Below, piece by piece: positions 59,394 through 64,000 of a stretch of DNA of 64,000 nt. The position numbers and the translations under genes are program-made. This stretch comes from Candidatus Moraniibacteriota bacterium (GTDB lineage Bacteria; Patescibacteriota; Minisyncoccia; Moranbacterales; UBA1568): the NCBI GenBank assembly GCA_008012175.1, contig SSEF01000020.1, forward strand, positions 24,002-88,001. Direction: 5' to 3'. The notes below the pieces were generated by a model. That model saw nothing but the letters and a program-made list of their open reading frames with translations, did no database searches and was not told where the DNA came from. Position 1 is the stretch's first letter, and the number at the start of each line of letters is the position of its first letter.

Positions 59394-61163
59394 ATGAGCA
59401 CTCCCGAGACCGTCACCACCAAATCCATCGCCCTTCCGGAAACCGTTACCGTCAAGAAACTGGCCGAGCTTCTGCGCGTGCCTGTTTCGAATGTCATCAT
59501 GGAGCTGATGAAGAACAAGATCATCGCGACCATCAACGAAGAGATTGATTTCGATACTGCTTCGATCATCGCGAACGACCTCGGCTTCGCTACGACCGCC
59601 GACACGACTGAAAAAGCCGGCTCGCTCACGCTTGAGGATCTTGCAAGTCTCGTCGCTGCAGAGAAGACCGAGACTGACCGTAAGCTCGTCTCCCGTCCGC
59701 CAATCGTCACCATCCTCGGTCATGTCGATCATGGCAAGACGACTTTGCTCGATACGATCCGCAAGGCAAACGTCGCGGCTGGTGAAGCGGGCGGCATCAC
59801 TCAGAAGATCAGCGCCTACCAGGTGAAGAAACATGGTGAACTCATCACATTCATCGATACCCCCGGCCACGAAGCCTTCTCCGGGATGCGTGAACGCGGT
59901 GTCTCGATCGCCGATATCGCCATCCTCGTCGTCGCAGCGGATGACGGTGTCCGACCACAAACCAAGGAGGTTATCCAGTTTATCAATGAAAAAAAACTCC
60001 CTGTCATCGTCGCCATCAACAAGATTGACAAGCCGGAAGCGAAGCCAGACCGCGTCAAGCAGGAGCTCGCCGAGCATGGCATCCTCTTTGAGGGTTGGGG
60101 TGGCGAAGTTATGTGCGTCGAGGTGAGCGCCAAGGGAAATATTAATATCGACAGGCTCCTTGACGCTATCCTCCTCGTCACGGAAGTTGAGGAATTTACT
60201 GCCGACGAAAAGCGTGATGGTCTCGCGGTCATTCTTGAATCCCACCTCGACCCGCAGAAAGGCCCTGTTGCGACCGTCCTCGTAAAGACCGGGACACTCA
60301 AGGTTGGTCAAGACATCATCGCCGGAAGCGCCTTCGGCCGCGTCCGCCGGCTCGAGGATTTTACCGGAAAGAATCGGGAGTCAGCTGGCCCATCAGTTCC
60401 GGCCGTTCTATACGGATTCAGCGATGTCCCGCAGGTGAACGATGTCGTCCAAGTCGTCTCAGGAAAATCACTCGCCCGGATGAAATCCCAGGAAGCGCTC
60501 CTCAAAGAGGGCGAGGTGAAGAAGGTGATCCGCAAAGAGGACGAGGACGTGAAGCGCCTCCCAATCATCATCAAGGCTGATGTTCAGGGTTCGCTCGAGG
60601 CAATTCAGCAGATCCTCGGCGCGATTGAACATCCCGAGGTTGTACTCGAGGAAATCGCTTCTGGAGTTGGCAGCATCACCGAGTCTGACGTAAAGCTCGC
60701 CGCTTCGAGCGGTGCAAAAATCTTTGGCTTTAATGCGGAACCAACTTCCGTCGCCAAGCGCATCGCCGAAACGAGCGGTGTCATGATTCAGAGCTTCAAC
60801 ATCATTTACAAGCTCGTTGAAGCCGTAAAGTCCGACCTCGCTGTCCTGCTTCCACCAGAAGTCATCCGGACTGACTTTGGTCGGCTCTCAGTTCTCGCCA
60901 TATTCAAGAGCGGCAAACGCGATATGATTATCGGCGGACGCGTTTCCGAAGGAAAAATCGTCCGGGGATCGCTCCTCGAAGTAAAACGCGATGGTGAAAT
61001 TCTTGGAAATGGAAAGATGGGCAATCTCCAGCGCAACAAAGAAAATGCTGATGAGGTCGGGCAAGGGAACGAATGCGGCCTTGTTTTTGACGGCTCGGTC
61101 AAGCTCGCCATCGGTGACACACTCATTTCCTACCAGGTTGAGGAAAAGCGCCGGACGCTCTAG
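59394..61163 (+). CDS. infB: Translation initiation factor IF-2 (short form)
   Basis: 589 aa. G-domain motifs GHVDHGKTTLLD, DTPGHEAF and NKID, followed by the C-terminal beta-barrel domains. Confidence 0.92.
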   Translation: MSTPETVTTKSIALPETVTVKKLAELLRVPVSNVIMELMKNKIIATINEEIDFDTASIIANDLGFATTADTTEKAGSLTLEDLASLVAAEKTETDRKLVSRPPIVTILGHVDHGKTTLLDTIRKANVAAGEAGGITQKISAYQVKKHGELITFIDTPGHEAFSGMRERGVSIADIAILVVAADDGVRPQTKEVIQFINEKKLPVIVAINKIDKPEAKPDRVKQELAEHGILFEGWGGEVMCVEVSAKGNINIDRLLDAILLVTEVEEFTADEKRDGLAVILESHLDPQKGPVATVLVKTGTLKVGQDIIAGSAFGRVRRLEDFTGKNRESAGPSVPAVLYGFSDVPQVNDVVQVVSGKSLARMKSQEALLKEGEVKKVIRKEDEDVKRLPIIIKADVQGSLEAIQQILGAIEHPEVVLEEIASGVGSITESDVKLAASSGAKIFGFNAEPTSVAKRIAETSGVMIQSFNIIYKLVEAVKSDLAVLLPPEVIRTDFGRLSVLAIFKSGKRDMIIGGRVSEGKIVRGSLLEVKRDGEILGNGKMGNLQRNKENADEVGQGNECGLVFDGSVKLAIGDTLISYQVEEKRRTL

Positions 61164-61304
61164 AAATAAAGATGATGTGTCATGTAAGAAGGCCGGCCGA
61201 TGCAGCCGGTTTTTTTACCGTCCTACGGAAACATGGATTGACTCCTCTTTCTCGCTATCCTATACTCGTCTTTCAACTCAACTCACATGCTAGACTGAAT
61301 CCGT

Positions 61305-62807
61305 ATGCATTGTTCGGTTCCCGTACCAGTCCTCGAAACCATCCAGGTGCTCGAACGCGCCGGCTTTAAGGCGTATATCGTTGGCGGATCGCTCCGCGAC
61401 CTCGTCCTCGGCCGCGATCCGAAAGACTGGGACGTGACGACCGATGCAAAGCCCGACGCGATCCAGAAAATATTCCCGGATTCTGTCTATGAAAATACCT
61501 TTGGGACAGTCGGTGTAAAGGTACCACGCTTTCTCGCATCTACTCCCGCCGAATACCAACATGATATTATCGAGATTACGACGTTTCGAACTGAATCTGA
61601 CTATCAAGATGGTCGTCACCCTGAAAAAGTTGATTTTGTCTCTTCTGTTGAGGAAGACTTGGCCCGCCGAGATTTCACGATCAACGCGATGGCCGGACGC
61701 ATCACAGCGACTACCGAAAATACCGTTGTTGAAATAATTGACCCCTTCGGAGGCCAGACTGATATTGAAAAGAAAATAATTCGTGCTGTCGGCAATCCCG
61801 AACAACGCTTCTCCGAAGACGGACTTCGGCTGATGCGCGCCGTTCGGCTCGCCATCGAACTGAGCAGCCCGTCGCAATCCATGCCCGACTGGTCCATCGA
61901 ACCCGCGACATTCACTGCCCTCAAAAAACTGGCTGACACCTTGCCACGGGTTGCTTTTGAACGTATCCGGGATGAATTCTCACGTATCATAGTTTCCGCC
62001 CGTCCAAGCGATGGGGTTACCCTTCTCCAAGAAGTCGGGCTCCTTCAGTATGTTATTCCGGAACTCACGGAAGGTATTGGCGTTACTCAAAATTTGCATC
62101 ATATTTATACCGTTTGGGAGCATAACTTACGTGCGCTCGCGACCTGCCCTTCAAAAAAGCTCGATGTCCGGTTGGCAGCGCTCCTCCATGATGTCGGAAA
62201 GCCCCGGACCAAGCGCGGCGAGGGCTATCGATCAACTTTTTACAATCACGATCACGTGGGAGCACGCATGACAAGGAAGATACTAGAACGCCTCCGCTAT
62301 TCGAAAAAGGTTGTCGATCATGCAGCCATGCTCGTTGACAACCACCTTTTCTACTACAATGTCGGCGAAGTGACCGAGGCTTCGGTCCGACGGCTTATCA
62401 AGCGTGTCGGGCTCGAAAATATGGATGATCTGATGGCTGTGCGTATCGGCGACCGTCTCGGTTCAGGCGTCCCGAAGGCAAAGCCCTACAAGCTACGGCA
62501 TCTAGAATACATGATTGACAAGGTCTCACAGGATGCGACATCGGTTAAAATGCTCAAAATCGATGGATCTGTACTCATGACCGAGCTACATCTTGCGCCG
62601 GGACCAAAAATTGGAGCACTCCTCGAGTGCCTCCTTGCAGAAGTCATTGATGATCCAGGCCTGAACGTTCGGCAACTCCTCCTTGACCGAGCACGCCAAC
62701 TCATGGATAATGACCTCGTTGTACTCAGAAACCTCGCTAAAGAACGTATCGATAGGGAGCGAGAATCTGAAGACAGGGCTATCCGGGGCCGCCATCGCGT
62801 AGTCTAG
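61305..62807 (+). CDS. cca: CCA-adding tRNA nucleotidyltransferase / poly(A) polymerase family protein with an HD domain
   Basis: 500 aa. GGSLRDLVLGRDPKDWDVTTDA (class II NTase GS...D.D), RDFTINAM, and HD motif LLHDVGKP. Confidence 0.85.
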   Translation: MHCSVPVPVLETIQVLERAGFKAYIVGGSLRDLVLGRDPKDWDVTTDAKPDAIQKIFPDSVYENTFGTVGVKVPRFLASTPAEYQHDIIEITTFRTESDYQDGRHPEKVDFVSSVEEDLARRDFTINAMAGRITATTENTVVEIIDPFGGQTDIEKKIIRAVGNPEQRFSEDGLRLMRAVRLAIELSSPSQSMPDWSIEPATFTALKKLADTLPRVAFERIRDEFSRIIVSARPSDGVTLLQEVGLLQYVIPELTEGIGVTQNLHHIYTVWEHNLRALATCPSKKLDVRLAALLHDVGKPRTKRGEGYRSTFYNHDHVGARMTRKILERLRYSKKVVDHAAMLVDNHLFYYNVGEVTEASVRRLIKRVGLENMDDLMAVRIGDRLGSGVPKAKPYKLRHLEYMIDKVSQDATSVKMLKIDGSVLMTELHLAPGPKIGALLECLLAEVIDDPGLNVRQLLLDRARQLMDNDLVVLRNLAKERIDRERESEDRAIRGRHRVV

Positions 62808-62865
62808 GCTGCCAGCTTTCCAGGAATGGAAACGACGCGTTTTTTCTTCCCGCCACATGAGACAT

Positions 62866-62936
62866 CGGGGCATAGTATAGTGGTAGTACGTGCGCTTCGG
62901 GTGCGTAAAGTCTGGGTTCGATTCCCGGTGCCCCGA
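62866..62936 (+). tRNA. tRNA-Pro (anticodon CGG)
   Basis: Acceptor CGGGGCA/TGCCCCG (C1-G72). Anticodon loop TTCGGGT (CGG, G37). T-loop TTCGATT. Followed by CTA, so CCA is not encoded. Confidence 0.75.
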
Positions 62937-63014
62937 CTACCTAAATCCTGCGGCGAGGAGAAAGCCCGTGTCGATCCCGATCTACAAGGATTGTCCTGAT
63001 ACCGCATAACTCTC

Positions 63015-63326
63015 ATGAAGTTCCTCATCCAAAATCCCGATGATACTACCGTTACGATCTTCCGACGAACTGGATATACGTTCCAGCGTGAGGAAAACGG
63101 TGAGATGAGCTTTGTTCGAGCACTTGCCAGTGCCGGATACCCGCGTTTTCATTGCTACGTAAAATCTCATCCCGAAGGCCTCGTCTGCAATATCCACCTT
63201 GACCAAAAGCGCGAAACGTATGGCCGCTCAGTTCGGCATCATGGCGAATACGAAGAGGATGGCGCGCTCGCTGATGAGGTTAAAAGGATTGGGCAGTTCA
63301 TCAAGGGCCTTGCTCGGCAAGCATAG
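63015..63326 (+). CDS. Hypothetical protein (tRNA-flanked ORFan)
   Basis: 103-aa ORF between tRNA-Pro and tRNA-Leu. No recognised motif. Confidence 0.35.
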   Translation: MKFLIQNPDDTTVTIFRRTGYTFQREENGEMSFVRALASAGYPRFHCYVKSHPEGLVCNIHLDQKRETYGRSVRHHGEYEEDGALADEVKRIGQFIKGLARQA

Positions 63327-63411
63327 GTGTAACAACCTTTTGCTTGCACCGCCCAAGACCTCTGCTAGTTAAGACTAGATACGGGGTATCGGGGCCGAGG
63401 AAAAAATATTT

Positions 63412-63495
63412 GCCATGGTGGCGGAATTGGTATACGCGCTAGCCTTAGGAGCTAGTGGGAGCAATCCCTTGAGAGTTCGATCCTCTCCCATGGCA
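63412..63495 (+). tRNA. tRNA-Leu (anticodon TAG), type II
   Basis: GCCATGGTGGCGGAATTGGTATACGCG-CTAGC-CTTAGGA-GCTAG-long variable arm-GAGAGTTCGATCCTCTC-CCATGGC-A. CCA is not encoded. Confidence 0.82.
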
Positions 63496-63723
63496 CTAGA
63501 TAAGAACCTCTTTCTGCTTGCAATGCGGCTAAACATGTTCCTGTTCTTCTGTACCGACAGCCAGCCGCATCGCTTCACGGAAACATACATAAAACAGGTG
63601 GGTATCAGTTCTAGACCATTTTTTCAGCCTTGATACGCACAAGGACCGAGGCAGTTCGAGCAGCCTTGGTTTTTACAGGAAACTCACTCCCGCATCCTGA
63701 ATGCGAGGAGAATACCCGTTGTA

Positions 63724-63975
63724 TCATTCACTTCCTAGCCGTCGCCTCTTCGAGAGAGTTTGCTCGGGAAAGTTCGGAATAATAGCGAACACCATCGCCG
63801 AAGCAAGAAGGATGAGCGCAGCAGAGAACAGGACCTTTAAGGAAAAGAGTACCGATCCCGGGAGATAACTAGCGATGAGCGCATAGTAACGCTTTGCTCC
63901 CGCAGCGGCGATATTCTCAATATCTGGCTGCTCTACCTGGATACTGCTGCCGAAGTAGCTCTCCGTTGTATCCAA
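63724..63975 (-). CDS. Hypothetical membrane protein, C-terminal part. It may continue beyond the window edge.
   Basis: Hydrophobic C-terminal segment. The ORF reaches within 25 nt of the window end. Confidence 0.3.
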   Translation of the reverse strand: MDTTESYFGSSIQVEQPDIENIAAAGAKRYYALIASYLPGSVLFSLKVLFSAALILLASAMVFAIIPNFPEQTLSKRRRLGSE

Positions 63976-64000
63976 CGCTGAAATCCCCCAAATATCTTCT

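Noticed and set aside
63375-63633. Two ~70-aa ORFs on opposite strands
   Set aside because: They overlap a well-formed tRNA-Leu(TAG) gene at 63412-63495. The ORFs are artefacts.

Overview
This is a gene-dense bacterial chromosomal segment with a visibly high GC content, except for two short AT-rich patches. Most genes are housekeeping genes on the minus strand. Cell-envelope and division genes include mreB (partial), murA, murD, ftsZ-ftsA, dgkA, lepB, an LCP protein, a rodZ-like gene and ftsK. Glycolysis is represented by gap, fba and tpiA, followed by galT and a GT2 glycosyltransferase. Translation genes include rpsU, rplY, the rpsF-ssb-rpsR operon, efp, infB, hisS, pth, cca and ybeY. Also present are rpoB-rpoC, gyrB, recA, a split comEC, nrdR, ndk and trxB. 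Four tRNA genes are present: Pro-GGG, Ser-GGA, Pro-CGG and Leu-TAG. None of them encodes a 3' CCA. The gene set looks like a small-genome organism. That impression is inference only.

The standout is a compact and apparently complete diversity-generating retroelement (DGR) between murA and trxB, at about 2058-4651. It has a reverse transcriptase carrying the DGR-type LGxxxSQ and YADD motifs. It has an Avd-like four-helix-bundle gene that is encoded on the opposite strand and overlaps the 5' end of the RT gene. A 125-bp template repeat (TR, 3506-3630) pairs with a 125-bp variable repeat (VR, 4030-4154) at the 3' end of a 218-aa target gene. TR and VR differ at 10 positions, and all 10 are adenines on the TR sense strand. 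That adenine-only pattern is diagnostic of DGR mutagenic retrohoming. A 9-nt homopolymer lies inside the antisense overlap between avd and the RT.

Other points of interest are an AT-rich ORFan island downstream of ftsZ, a comEC split into two frames, and an amidase with holin-like small membrane proteins next to an AT-rich patch. Several intergenic regions are rich in hairpins. All protein calls rest on recalled family signatures, not on database searches.
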